The translations under genes were made by a program, and so were the position numbers. Below the pieces are notes generated by a model, which was not told where the DNA came from, made no database searches, and was given only the letters and a program-made list of their open reading frames with translations. Source: Candidatus Aminicenantes bacterium (GTDB lineage Bacteria; Acidobacteriota; Aminicenantia; Aminicenantales; Aminicenantaceae). Taken from it: a stretch of 30,451 nucleotides of DNA. This document shows positions 17,445-26,272 of this stretch, one piece after another; position 1 is the first letter of the stretch, and every line of letters begins with the position of its first letter. The DNA lies in contig SOIA01000094.1 of NCBI GenBank assembly GCA_004378665.1, positions 1 through 30,451 on the forward strand, given 5' to 3'.

Positions 17445-18764
17445 ATGAAGACCAAGACATTCCCTCACGGAATCCATCCTCCTGAACTCAAAAATCTCAC
17501 GGAGGAGATCTCTCTCCAGCCCATGCCCGCTCCTGAGAAAGTCATGATCCCTCTCCTGCAGCATTTTGGCGCCCCCGCAAAGCCTTTAGTCCAGAAAGGG
17601 GACGAAGTCTCGCTGGGTCAGAAAATCGGCGAAGGACAGGGCCTCTTCTCGGCTTCCGTCCATTCCAGCGTTTCCGGCAAGGTTCTCTCTGTAGACTCTT
17701 TTCACCACCCCGGGGGAACTCCTGTTCCTGCGGTCACGATCGCTAATGACGGCCAGGATAAAGCCGATACCGATAAAAAAGAAATAAAAAATCCCTTTTC
17801 CCTGAGCCCGGAGGATATCCGTGACAAGATCAAAGAGGCCGGAGTGGTCGGCCTGGGAGGAGCCGCCTTCCCCACGGCGGTCAAGCTTTCTCCCCCCAAG
17901 GATAGTCCGATTGACACGATCATCATAAACGGCTGTGAATGCGAACCCCTATTGACTTCTGACTACCGGCTCATGCTGGAATTTCCCGACGAAATCCTCA
18001 AGGGCGCAGAACTGGCGCGCATCGCAACGGGCGCAGACCGGATCATTGTGGGAATAGAGGACAATAAGAAAAAAGCGTTTGAACTATTCCAGGAAAAAAT
18101 TCAGGATTACGAAGGAGAGGCCGTGCTCCTCAAAACAAAATATCCGGAAGGAGCCGAGAAAAACCTGATCTATGCCATCCTCCGCAGGGAAGTCCCAAGG
18201 GGAGGGCTTCCTTTCAACGTGGGAATCGTCGTCCAGAACGTGGGGACAGCCAAGGCCATCTGGGATGCCGTGAGCACAGGAAAGCCTCTCTTCGAAAGGG
18301 CCATCACGGTTTCAGGGCAAAGTATCACAGAGCCGAAAAATCTCCTCGTCCGCATCGGAACTCCCTTCCAGGCCGTGATTGATTTCTGCGGAGGGCTCAA
18401 GGAGGACGGAAACATTCTGGTGATGGGCGGTCCGATGATGGGGCTCACTCAGTGGACTCCGGAAGTGCCGGTTGTCAAAGGGACTTCTGGCATTTTGGCC
18501 TGGAACGCTCCCGCGCCCGGCACCGAATACTCCTGCATTAACTGCGGGCGCTGTATCGAGCACTGCCCGATGGCACTTGTGCCGACTCAACTCGCAAAAT
18601 ATGTCCAGTTCGACAAGCTGCCCGAAGCCGAGAGCTGGGGCATCCTGGACTGCGTGGAATGCGGCAGCTGCCAGTACATCTGCCCTTCTAAGATCCTTCT
18701 TGTCCACTGGATGCGCCTGGGAAAAAATAAGGTCATGAGCTCGAAACAAAAAAAGAGCGCCTGA
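17445..18764 (+). CDS. rnfC: Rnf complex subunit C, short form
   Basis: GIHP, GVVGLGGAAFPT, NGCECEP, KYP.GAE, GGPMMG and two CxxCxxCxxxCP motifs. Confidence 0.95.
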   Translation: MKTKTFPHGIHPPELKNLTEEISLQPMPAPEKVMIPLLQHFGAPAKPLVQKGDEVSLGQKIGEGQGLFSASVHSSVSGKVLSVDSFHHPGGTPVPAVTIANDGQDKADTDKKEIKNPFSLSPEDIRDKIKEAGVVGLGGAAFPTAVKLSPPKDSPIDTIIINGCECEPLLTSDYRLMLEFPDEILKGAELARIATGADRIIVGIEDNKKKAFELFQEKIQDYEGEAVLLKTKYPEGAEKNLIYAILRREVPRGGLPFNVGIVVQNVGTAKAIWDAVSTGKPLFERAITVSGQSITEPKNLLVRIGTPFQAVIDFCGGLKEDGNILVMGGPMMGLTQWTPEVPVVKGTSGILAWNAPAPGTEYSCINCGRCIEHCPMALVPTQLAKYVQFDKLPEAESWGILDCVECGSCQYICPSKILLVHWMRLGKNKVMSSKQKKSA

Positions 18765-19741
18765 TGACAGATAAACTCTTCATCCTCCAATCCTCGCCTC
18801 ATTTCAGGGATAAAGACTCTGTCCCCAAAATCATGTACGTCGTTATCATCGCCCTCCTCCCGGCTGTTTTCGCCTCTCTTTACTTCTTCAGGCTCAAGGC
18901 TGTCGGCCTGTATGTCTCATGTTTGGTGGCCTGCCTGGTGACTGAAGCCATCTTCCTCTGGGTCAGAAAAAAGCCCCTGCAATCTCTTGGGGATGGCTCT
19001 GCCGTGATCACTGCCTTGCTTATCGCTATGACCCTTCCGCCGACTATTTCCCTGGAATTGGCAGTCATCGGATCGGTTGTTGCGATTGCCATAGGAAAAC
19101 AGGTCTTCGGAGGGCTTGGATACAATATCTTCAATCCTGCACTGGTTGGAAGAGCCTTTCTCCAAACCGCCTTCCCTGTCGCGATGACGACCTGGTTCCC
19201 TCCTGCAACGTTGAGCTTTGACACCGCGACTTTCGCCACGCCTCTGGGCAACCTGAAATTTGAAGAAGCGATTGCCCAGGGAACGCTCACCCCTCTCAAA
19301 GACCTCTTTTGGGGGAATACCGGCGGCTGTTTGGGGGAGACTTCGGCTATCGCTCTTCTCATCGGTGCGATCATCCTGTTCTCCAAAAAAACGATCGACT
19401 GGCGCATCCCGTTGGGAATCATCCTTGCCTTGAGTGTCTTTACGGGCATTTTTTGGCTCGCGAATCCGGACAAATACGCCTCTCCTGTTTTCCATGCGCT
19501 CGCGGGAGGCCTGTTGATCGGAGCTTTTTTCATGGCCACTGACATGGTGACTTCACCGATCACACCCAAAGGCACATGGATATACGCTCTGGGGATAGGC
19601 TTCATGGTGGGATTGATCCGTCTTTTCGGAGGTTTTCCAGAAGGCGTGATGTATTCCATCCTTTTCATGAACACTTTTGTTCCTCTTCTCAACCGCTATT
19701 CACGGCCAAAAATCCTCGGAGAAAGGAGGAAAGAATCATGA
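18764..19741 (+). CDS. rnfD: Rnf complex subunit D
   Basis: SSPH, KQVFGGLGYNIFNPALVGR, FATPL, MATDMVTSP, EGVMYSILFMN. Confidence 0.95.
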   Translation: MTDKLFILQSSPHFRDKDSVPKIMYVVIIALLPAVFASLYFFRLKAVGLYVSCLVACLVTEAIFLWVRKKPLQSLGDGSAVITALLIAMTLPPTISLELAVIGSVVAIAIGKQVFGGLGYNIFNPALVGRAFLQTAFPVAMTTWFPPATLSFDTATFATPLGNLKFEEAIAQGTLTPLKDLFWGNTGGCLGETSAIALLIGAIILFSKKTIDWRIPLGIILALSVFTGIFWLANPDKYASPVFHALAGGLLIGAFFMATDMVTSPITPKGTWIYALGIGFMVGLIRLFGGFPEGVMYSILFMNTFVPLLNRYSRPKILGERRKES

Positions 19742-20343
19742 GCCTTTCCTCTCGAATGATCATCGTTCTGACTACGGTCGGCCTGATCTCCGGAGGTTTT
19801 TTAGCCGGAGTGGCGAAACTGACAGAGGAAAGGATCGCACTGAATATTCAAGCGGAAATCGAAGAGGCCATCGCAGAGGTCGTAGATAATGCAGAGGTCA
19901 ACCAGAAAGTGTACGAAGAGGAAGACCTTGTTATCTACAGAGAGCTGGACGAGGAAGGCGCTCTCGCTGGATTCGCAGTCCAGGCGACCGGCGTAGGCTT
20001 TCAGGATAAAATCACTCTGATGTTTGGATTGGACGCATCCCTGACAAAAATAACCGGACTGACCGTCATTGACCAAAATGAAACGCCCGGTTTGGGCGCG
20101 AAGATCGAAGATTGGAATTCCTTCCTTCAGTTCTGGGAAAACAAAGATGCGACTGGCCAGCTCACCTTGCGCAAACCTGCCGCACGCACTCCAGAAGAGC
20201 TCTCGGCCGCTGAAATCAACACCATCACAGCGGCCACGATCTCCTCGAAGAAAGTGCTGGAAATCGTGAATCTTTCGCTGGAAAAGGTCCGACAGCTCAT
20301 TCAGGAGGGGAAAATCGCAAAAGAGGAGCAAGATGGCGACTAA
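19738..20343 (+). CDS. rnfG: Rnf complex subunit G (FMN-binding)
   Basis: N-terminal TM helix, NETPGLG, ITAATISS flavinylation motif; ATGA overlap with rnfD. Confidence 0.9.
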   Translation: MSLSSRMIIVLTTVGLISGGFLAGVAKLTEERIALNIQAEIEEAIAEVVDNAEVNQKVYEEEDLVIYRELDEEGALAGFAVQATGVGFQDKITLMFGLDASLTKITGLTVIDQNETPGLGAKIEDWNSFLQFWENKDATGQLTLRKPAARTPEELSAAEINTITAATISSKKVLEIVNLSLEKVRQLIQEGKIAKEEQDGD

Positions 20344-20944
20344 AAGCATCGGGCAGGAATACCTCAAGGGTCTGTGGGATGAAAATCCCGTGTTCCGCCA
20401 GCTTCTCGGGATGTGCCCGACGCTTGCTGTCACCGGGACTGTGATCACCGGCATGGCCATGGCCCTGGCCACGACCTTCGTGTTGATCTTCAGCTCACTC
20501 GTTGTCTCGTCGATCAAAAAGCTCATCCCCTCCCAGGTCCGCATCGCCACTTATATCGTCGTCATCGCGAGCTTCGTGACCATCGCCGACCAATTCCTGA
20601 AGGCCTATTTTTATTCGATATCTGAAGCCTTGGGCCCTTATGTCCCTTTGATCGTGGTCAACTGCATCATACTGGGCCGACAGGAGGCGTTTTCATCGAA
20701 GAACTCGGTCGGCCGGTCTCTGATCGATGCCCTGGGTATGAGCTCAGGGTTCGTGCTGGCTCTGTTTGTTCTGAGCGCGATCCGGGAACTCCTGGGAGCA
20801 GGAACGTTTCTTGGCTATCAAGTTATGGGCCCCTGGTTTAAACCCTGGATAATCATGATCCTGCCTGCGGGTGCTTTCATCACTTTAGGGGTTCTTCTTG
20901 GAATTGCCCTTTTGATCGAAAGCAAGACAAAGAGGAGTCAATAG
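20333..20944 (+). CDS. rnfE: Rnf complex subunit E
   Basis: ENPVFRQLLGMCPTLAVT, PLIVVNCIILGR, RELLGAG, LPAGAF. Confidence 0.95.
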   Translation: MATKSIGQEYLKGLWDENPVFRQLLGMCPTLAVTGTVITGMAMALATTFVLIFSSLVVSSIKKLIPSQVRIATYIVVIASFVTIADQFLKAYFYSISEALGPYVPLIVVNCIILGRQEAFSSKNSVGRSLIDALGMSSGFVLALFVLSAIRELLGAGTFLGYQVMGPWFKPWIIMILPAGAFITLGVLLGIALLIESKTKRSQ

Positions 20945-21519
20945 TGGAACTGGCTGCAATTTTTATCTCGGCTGTTCTGGTCCAGAACTTTGTTCTGTAT
21001 TACTTTCTCGGCATCTGTCCCTTCCTGGGGGTGAGCAAGAAAATCGACTCCGCCTTTTCCATGGGGCTCGCCGTCACTTTTGTCATGTCCATCACTGCGG
21101 TTGTCTCATGGCTGATCAACAACCTGATCCTTATTCCGTTCGGCCTGGACTATCTCCAGATCGTATCCTTTATTCTTGTCATCGCATCCCTGGTCCAACT
21201 GGTTGAAATGTTCATCCGCAAGATCAGCCCTCCTCTCTACCAGGCTTTGGGTATCTATCTTCCGTTGATCACGACAAACTGCGCCATCATGGGCCTAGCC
21301 CTGATCGCTGCGTTGAACGAATACAGCTTTGTGGAGACCGTAATTTTCGGGTTCAGTTCAGGCATAGGATTCACTCTCGCCATCGTTCTGATCGCCGGAA
21401 TCCGGGAACAATTGGACCTGGCTGATGTTCCCGAACCCTTAAAAGGAGCTGGGATCGCGCTTATTGTTGCCGGAATCATGGCTCTGGCCTTCAATGGATT
21501 TATAGGAATGCTGACATGA
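20944..21519 (+). CDS. rnfA: Rnf complex subunit A
   Basis: NFVL..FLGICPFLGVS, YLPLITTNCA, GIREQL; GTG start overlapping the rnfE stop. Confidence 0.95.
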   Translation: MELAAIFISAVLVQNFVLYYFLGICPFLGVSKKIDSAFSMGLAVTFVMSITAVVSWLINNLILIPFGLDYLQIVSFILVIASLVQLVEMFIRKISPPLYQALGIYLPLITTNCAIMGLALIAALNEYSFVETVIFGFSSGIGFTLAIVLIAGIREQLDLADVPEPLKGAGIALIVAGIMALAFNGFIGMLT

Positions 21520-22361
21520 CCGAAATCTTGATCTCGATCATCACCATGACCGCACTCGGTTTTCTGTTCTCTGTGGGCCTGGTGTTTGCGTACAAAAAAC
21601 TGAAGGTGGAAGAAGACCCAAAGATCGAGCAGGTGTCAGAAGCCTTGCCTCAGGCTAACTGCGGCGCCTGCGGCTACGCGGGATGCCGGGCGTTCGCGGA
21701 AGCTGTGGCCAAGGGTGAGGCGGAAGTCAACGGATGCCCTGTCGGAGGAGAAGACGTCACCTCTGAAATCGCAAATATTCTGGGAATCGAGGCGCCCGAA
21801 GTGGTCAAACAACTGGCCCGCCTTCACTGCCGGGGAACCCATGAAGCCGCAAAGGACAAGGGCCCTTACATCGGGATCTCCACATGCCATGCTGCCCACC
21901 TGATCGGCGGGACCAAACAGTGTTCTTTCGGATGCCTTCATTCTGGAGACTGTGTCCGAGTTTGCCCTTTTGATGCGCTCCACATGGGAGAAGAAGGCCT
22001 CCCTGTAGTGGATGAAGACAAGTGTACGGCCTGCGGGAAATGTGTTGATGCGTGTCCGAGGAATCTCTTCGAGCTCCATCCGGTGTCTCAAGAGATCATC
22101 GTTTTCTGCCGTTCGCTGGACAGGGGTGCGGCTTCACGGAAAGCATGCAAAAACGCCTGCATAGCCTGCGGAATCTGTGCGAGGGCCTGCCCGGAGGCCA
22201 TCGTGATGGAGAATAATATTGCGGTGATTACGGACTATAAAAAGATAAGCCCGGATAAAATTCCTGAGATTGAGAAATGCCCGACCGACGCTATCGGACG
22301 GCTTCACAAGGATACGAATGAAGAAGAAAAGGAGGAAGAAAAAAAGGAAGATGAGGGATAA
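21516..22361 (+). CDS. rnfB: Rnf complex subunit B
   Basis: N-terminal TM helix, LPQANCGACGYAGC, multiple ferredoxin Cys motifs; acidic C-terminal tail. Confidence 0.93.
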   Translation: MTEILISIITMTALGFLFSVGLVFAYKKLKVEEDPKIEQVSEALPQANCGACGYAGCRAFAEAVAKGEAEVNGCPVGGEDVTSEIANILGIEAPEVVKQLARLHCRGTHEAAKDKGPYIGISTCHAAHLIGGTKQCSFGCLHSGDCVRVCPFDALHMGEEGLPVVDEDKCTACGKCVDACPRNLFELHPVSQEIIVFCRSLDRGAASRKACKNACIACGICARACPEAIVMENNIAVITDYKKISPDKIPEIEKCPTDAIGRLHKDTNEEEKEEEKKEDEG

Positions 22362-22794
22362 AGGGCTGGTTATCGCCATAAAAAATAACCTGGCTCAGGT
22401 TGAAGTCCAATGCCTGATCGAATCCTGCGGCCGCTGCTCCGCCAGAAGCCTCTGCACCGGACAGGACAAATCCAAAGGGCATCTTGATGTTCAAAACCCC
22501 CTCAAGGCCTGCGTAGGAGACGAGGTCGAAATCGAGATCCCTGAGGCAAAATACAACCAGGCTTTGATCCTTCTCTTCGGGACTCTTCTCACTGCTCTTC
22601 TCTTCGGAATGGGAGGAGGTTATCTCCTGTCCTTCCTTATCCCTCTTTCAGCCTCCGCAACAAGCATTCTCGGCCTCATCCTTGCCGTGATTATCTCAGG
22701 AGCCTTTCTCTTCCGCCATTTTAAAAGAAAATTTCATGATCAACTTTATCCGGTGATCACTGATATCCTCAATAAAGGAGACTGCCATGGATAG
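22351..22794 (+). CDS. rseC: RseC/MucC family protein
   Basis: G.V....N.A.VEV followed by CGRCSARSLC, then VGDEVEI and two TM helices; ATG at 22351. Confidence 0.8.
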   Translation: MRDKGLVIAIKNNLAQVEVQCLIESCGRCSARSLCTGQDKSKGHLDVQNPLKACVGDEVEIEIPEAKYNQALILLFGTLLTALLFGMGGGYLLSFLIPLSASATSILGLILAVIISGAFLFRHFKRKFHDQLYPVITDILNKGDCHG

Positions 22795-23521
22795 ACGTGC
22801 TTTTTTCAAAACACTCTTCGTCACACCTCTCCTGACTCCATTCGTATTGTCATCCGAGTCGAACAGGAGCCCAGTCCAGCTCTGTGTGATCGGAGATTCT
22901 CCGCAACTCTTCCTCCCTCCAATCCTTCGTGGATTGAGCGAATATGGATTCATACCAGGCCAGACGTTTGCCTTTCTCAATTCCCATCCAGAAGGAAACG
23001 AATTGAAAAACGTTCTTTCAACCAGTGGCTGGAAATTCGCGGCTCAGACATCCAGGGCAGACCTCCGTTTTTCCTTCAACCATCTTCGTCAAAAGGCTTC
23101 TCCATCTTTTACTTTTATAAAAAACGGAAAGGTTTGGGATATCCGAACACGAGAACTCTATTCCCTCTGGAAGGACATGCACAGCCATCACTCCTCTTCT
23201 TCTTTGCTAACGACGGTCTCTTTCAAGGACACAAGCGTTCGGGTCCAACCAGGAACTCACGCGCAAGTCTTTTTGGATGGGAAAAACGTGGGAAGCCTTT
23301 CGTTAAACAAGAATTCATCCCGGTTATACCGGGCAAAAAAAGGAAAAATCTCTGTGGTCGTGGAAAACAGGCGGGCTTGGGTGTCTGAATCTTCCTGCCG
23401 TCATAAAATCTGCGCTTCCGCACTCCCTGTCTCTCTGACCGGAGAGCGCATCATTTGTGCGCCGAACAATTTCCTTGTCGAAATCCAGGGTCCGCGTATC
23501 GTGGACACAATTATCGGATGA
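22787..23521 (+). CDS. Tat-signal protein with unknown N-domain and C-terminal NusG domain II (DUF1312)-like domain
   Basis: MDRRAFFK Tat motif; C-terminal AWVSESSCRHKIC...GERIICAPN matches the NusG-II/DUF1312 pattern; overlaps the rseC stop. Confidence 0.7.
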   Translation: MDRRAFFKTLFVTPLLTPFVLSSESNRSPVQLCVIGDSPQLFLPPILRGLSEYGFIPGQTFAFLNSHPEGNELKNVLSTSGWKFAAQTSRADLRFSFNHLRQKASPSFTFIKNGKVWDIRTRELYSLWKDMHSHHSSSSLLTTVSFKDTSVRVQPGTHAQVFLDGKNVGSLSLNKNSSRLYRAKKGKISVVVENRRAWVSESSCRHKICASALPVSLTGERIICAPNNFLVEIQGPRIVDTIIG

Positions 23522-23591
23522 TTTTAATCAAATGAATTTGGAATGTTTTCTTAAAAAGGAATATTAAATATTTCTTGGATGCCGACTTTGT

Positions 23592-24692
23592 CTACAGTTT
23601 CATCGGCATGAGAACGTAATGATACTTAACCTCTTCTTCGATCTCTGGCCTCATCAACACAGAGCTGTTGGAATCTTTGAACTCGATCTGAACCTTATCT
23701 GATTTAACCGTTGAGAGGAAGTCTAAAAGATACTGAGAGTTGAATCCAATCTCCAATTCATCTCCTTTGTAATCAATGGCCACTTTGTCTCGGGCTTCTC
23801 CCATTTCCGGGTTGGACGAGAAGAGTCTCATTTCGTTCTTTTCAATAAAGAATTTAATCCCTTTAGATCTCTCTGTGGAAAACAGCGATACTCTCCTGAC
23901 TGCTTCTGTGATTTCTTCCCGTGAAACAGTTATCGTGTTTGGGTTGTCTTTCGGGATGACAGCTTCAAAATCCGGAAACTTTCCTTCTATAATCCTTGAT
24001 ATCAGCGTTCTTTGTTCAACCTTGAAAAACAGATTGCTCTCATCCAGGTCAAACTCAACTGATTCGTCTTCAAACTTCCTCAATTCACTCAAAGTTTTTT
24101 TGGCCACGATCGCCCTGATTTCTTTTCCCACCTTAAGGTCTTTTATCGTGTTTGCCGTGTAGGCTAACCTGTGTCCATCTGTACTGACTAGCTCCATGGA
24201 GTTGTCTTTAACGATCAAAAGCGCCCCGCTGAGGTAGTACCTCTGCTCTTGTGTTATGGCAAAATAAACCCTATCTATCATTTCCTGGAATTTATCCAAT
24301 GAAAAAACAATTTTATTCTCGAATTTCGGCTCCGGAACTTGAGGATAATCCTCCTTCGACAAACAGAGAACCTTGAACTCGCTCTCTCCAGACGTGATCT
24401 GCATAGTCAAATCATCACTCTCTTGGAAATTGACCTCTTTCCCTTCCGGGAGTGATTTAATGATTTCAAATACTTTTTTCCCGGATAAAGTTATGGAACC
24501 GGTCTCTTTGACCTGTGCCGGGAAATGGGTCTTCAGTCCAACCTCCAGGTCTGTGCCGATCAACTCAATTTCTTTTTCTTTAGCATTCACCAGAATGTTG
24601 GCCAGAATGGGCATGGTGTTTCTTTTTTCCACTATTCCCTGCAGCAACTGGAGTTCCCTGGCAATGTCTTCCTTTTTAGTAGAGAATTTCAT
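23592..24692 (-). CDS. dnaN: DNA polymerase III beta sliding clamp
   Basis: PILANIL, TDLEVG, STDGHRL, GKFPDF, IGFNSQYL, YVLMPM. Confidence 0.97.
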   Translation of the reverse strand: MKFSTKKEDIARELQLLQGIVEKRNTMPILANILVNAKEKEIELIGTDLEVGLKTHFPAQVKETGSITLSGKKVFEIIKSLPEGKEVNFQESDDLTMQITSGESEFKVLCLSKEDYPQVPEPKFENKIVFSLDKFQEMIDRVYFAITQEQRYYLSGALLIVKDNSMELVSTDGHRLAYTANTIKDLKVGKEIRAIVAKKTLSELRKFEDESVEFDLDESNLFFKVEQRTLISRIIEGKFPDFEAVIPKDNPNTITVSREEITEAVRRVSLFSTERSKGIKFFIEKNEMRLFSSNPEMGEARDKVAIDYKGDELEIGFNSQYLLDFLSTVKSDKVQIEFKDSNSSVLMRPEIEEEVKYHYVLMPMKL

Positions 24693-24807
24693 TTTTCCAC
24701 CTTTTCATGCGCCTTAATATTAATTAGATAAATATAAAATTAGATTAAAGAATATATTAAATAAAAGCAAACAAAAAGTGAAAATACTTTATAACTATCT
24801 GATTTTC
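24693..24807. other. Probable oriC unwinding region in the dnaA-dnaN intergenic space
   Basis: DnaA-box-like TTTTCCACC (24693-24701), a short GC patch GCGCC, then a very AT-rich tract at about 24714-24800. Confidence 0.6.
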
Positions 24808-26139
24808 TTACTGGATAGAGCTTATCAAACTGTTCAATTCTCTGTTGAATTCTGGATCTTTGGTGTTCATTTTTTCTATTTTTTTGATGCTGTGGATCAC
24901 TGTTGTATGATGTTTTCCACCGAATTTCTTCCCGATCTCGGGAAGAGAGGTTTTTGTTAAGTTTTTGGATAGATACATGGCAACCTGGCGGGGAAAGGCC
25001 ACCCTGGGGGAGTTATTCCTGGATTTGAGTTGAGAAAGATTGAGCTTGAATTTAAGGCAGACAATTTTCTGTATTTTTTCAACGGTCACTATGCTGGACG
25101 CCGAATCCAAAAGGCTTTGGAGGGCCTCTTTGGCAAGGTCCAGGTCGATCTTTTCACCCTTCAAAGAAGAGTATGCGATAACACGGCGCAGGTATCCTTC
25201 CAAAACCCTGATGTTGGAATGAACCTTGTCAGCGATGAAAAGAGATACAGCTTCAGGAAGATCCACTCCCTCCAGCTCTGATTTCTTCCTGAGGATAGCA
25301 ATTCTGGTTTCGATATCAGGCGGCTTCAAATCAGCGATCAAGCCCCATTCGAACCTGGAGCGAAACCTTTCTTCAAGATTGGGGATTTCCTTTGGAGGAC
25401 AGTCGCTGGAGATGACAATCTGCTTTTGGCTGTCGTACAGGTGATTGAAGGTGTGAAAGAATTCCTCTTTTGTTCTCTCTCTGCCGGAAAGATAATGAAT
25501 ATCATCCATGAGAAGGACATCGACGCTCCTGTATTTCTGGCGAAAGTCGAGAACCTTTCCATACTGAAGATGATTGATCAAATCGTTCATGAACTTTTCT
25601 GTGGTGATGTACATAATTTTCTGGCGGCTGTGGTTTTCCATGGTCAAATGTCCAATGGCATTCATCAGGTGGGTTTTGCCCAACCCCGCACCTCCGTAGA
25701 TATACAGAGGATTGTAAGCCTTGGCCGGATTTTTTGTGACGGCAGTGGCCGCGGCATGGGCAAACTGGTTGCATGAGCCGACGACAAAATTCTGGAAGGT
25801 GTAATTCGGGTTCAGGTTCGGATTGAGGAGCGGGCCGCGTTTCGACTTTCTCTCTTGTGGTGAACGTCGCTTGAACGATGGAGAATCTTCATCGAAGATA
25901 AACTTGATGTCGAATACTTTTCCGAGAGACTTTTGAGAACATTTGTTGATCAAGCCGGAATAGTGGAAAGCCAGCCAATCCTTGAAATAAGAATTCGGGA
26001 CTTTTATATAAAGAGAATTCGATTCCTTTCCGATGTATGATGTCGGCTCGAACCAGGTTTCGTAGCTGTTTTTATCGATCTTCTTTCGAAGGGACTCCTT
26101 GATTTGAAGCCAAGGATTATATTTATCTTTAGGTTCCAT
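24808..26139 (-). CDS. dnaA: Chromosomal replication initiator DnaA
   Basis: YNPLYIYG, Walker A GGAGLGKTHL, Walker B LLMDD, EEFFHTFN, SRFEWGL, RQVAMYL, HTTVIH. Start is ATG 26139 or GTG 26172. Confidence 0.97.
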   Translation of the reverse strand: MEPKDKYNPWLQIKESLRKKIDKNSYETWFEPTSYIGKESNSLYIKVPNSYFKDWLAFHYSGLINKCSQKSLGKVFDIKFIFDEDSPSFKRRSPQERKSKRGPLLNPNLNPNYTFQNFVVGSCNQFAHAAATAVTKNPAKAYNPLYIYGGAGLGKTHLMNAIGHLTMENHSRQKIMYITTEKFMNDLINHLQYGKVLDFRQKYRSVDVLLMDDIHYLSGRERTKEEFFHTFNHLYDSQKQIVISSDCPPKEIPNLEERFRSRFEWGLIADLKPPDIETRIAILRKKSELEGVDLPEAVSLFIADKVHSNIRVLEGYLRRVIAYSSLKGEKIDLDLAKEALQSLLDSASSIVTVEKIQKIVCLKFKLNLSQLKSRNNSPRVAFPRQVAMYLSKNLTKTSLPEIGKKFGGKHHTTVIHSIKKIEKMNTKDPEFNRELNSLISSIQ

Positions 26140-26152
26140 TTTGATGCTTCGG

Positions 26153-26217
26153 ATTTCCACAGATATTTCCACACCTGTGGAAAAATCATTGCTTCTTTCC
26201 TGAAACAGGGTGGAAAA
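26153..26217. promoter_or_regulatory. Cluster of DnaA-box-like 9-mers upstream of dnaA
   Basis: ATTTCCACA at 26153-26161 and 26165-26173; TTTTCCACA (minus) at 26176-26184; TTTTCCACC (minus) at 26209-26217. Confidence 0.7.
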
Positions 26218-26226
26218 GGCGAAGGT

Positions 26227-26255
26227 ATATTAGCACTGTCGTGTGGGGAATTCAA
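26227..26255 (-). promoter_or_regulatory. Putative dnaA promoter
   Basis: TTGAAT (26250-26255), 17 nt, TAATAT (26227-26232) with extended TGn; upstream A-tract; a degenerate box TTCCCCACA overlaps the spacer. Confidence 0.65.
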
Positions 26256-26272
26256 GAGATTTTTATTTTTTT

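Noticed and set aside
22316-22358. Purine-rich low-complexity tract as a repeat element
   Set aside because: It encodes the RnfB Glu/Lys tail and carries the rseC RBS.
22787-23521. NusG transcription factor call
   Set aside because: Only the domain-II-like part is present, with no NGN or KOW domain, and the protein has an export signal.
23556-23576. Bidirectional terminator between the rnf operon and dnaN
   Set aside because: The inverted repeat AAGGAATATT-A-AATATTTCTT is almost all A/T and too weak to call a terminator.
24891-24921. DnaA-box-like TGATCCACA and TTTTCCACC inside dnaA
   Set aside because: Explained by codons of the conserved GGK..TTVIH motif; no independent evidence of function.
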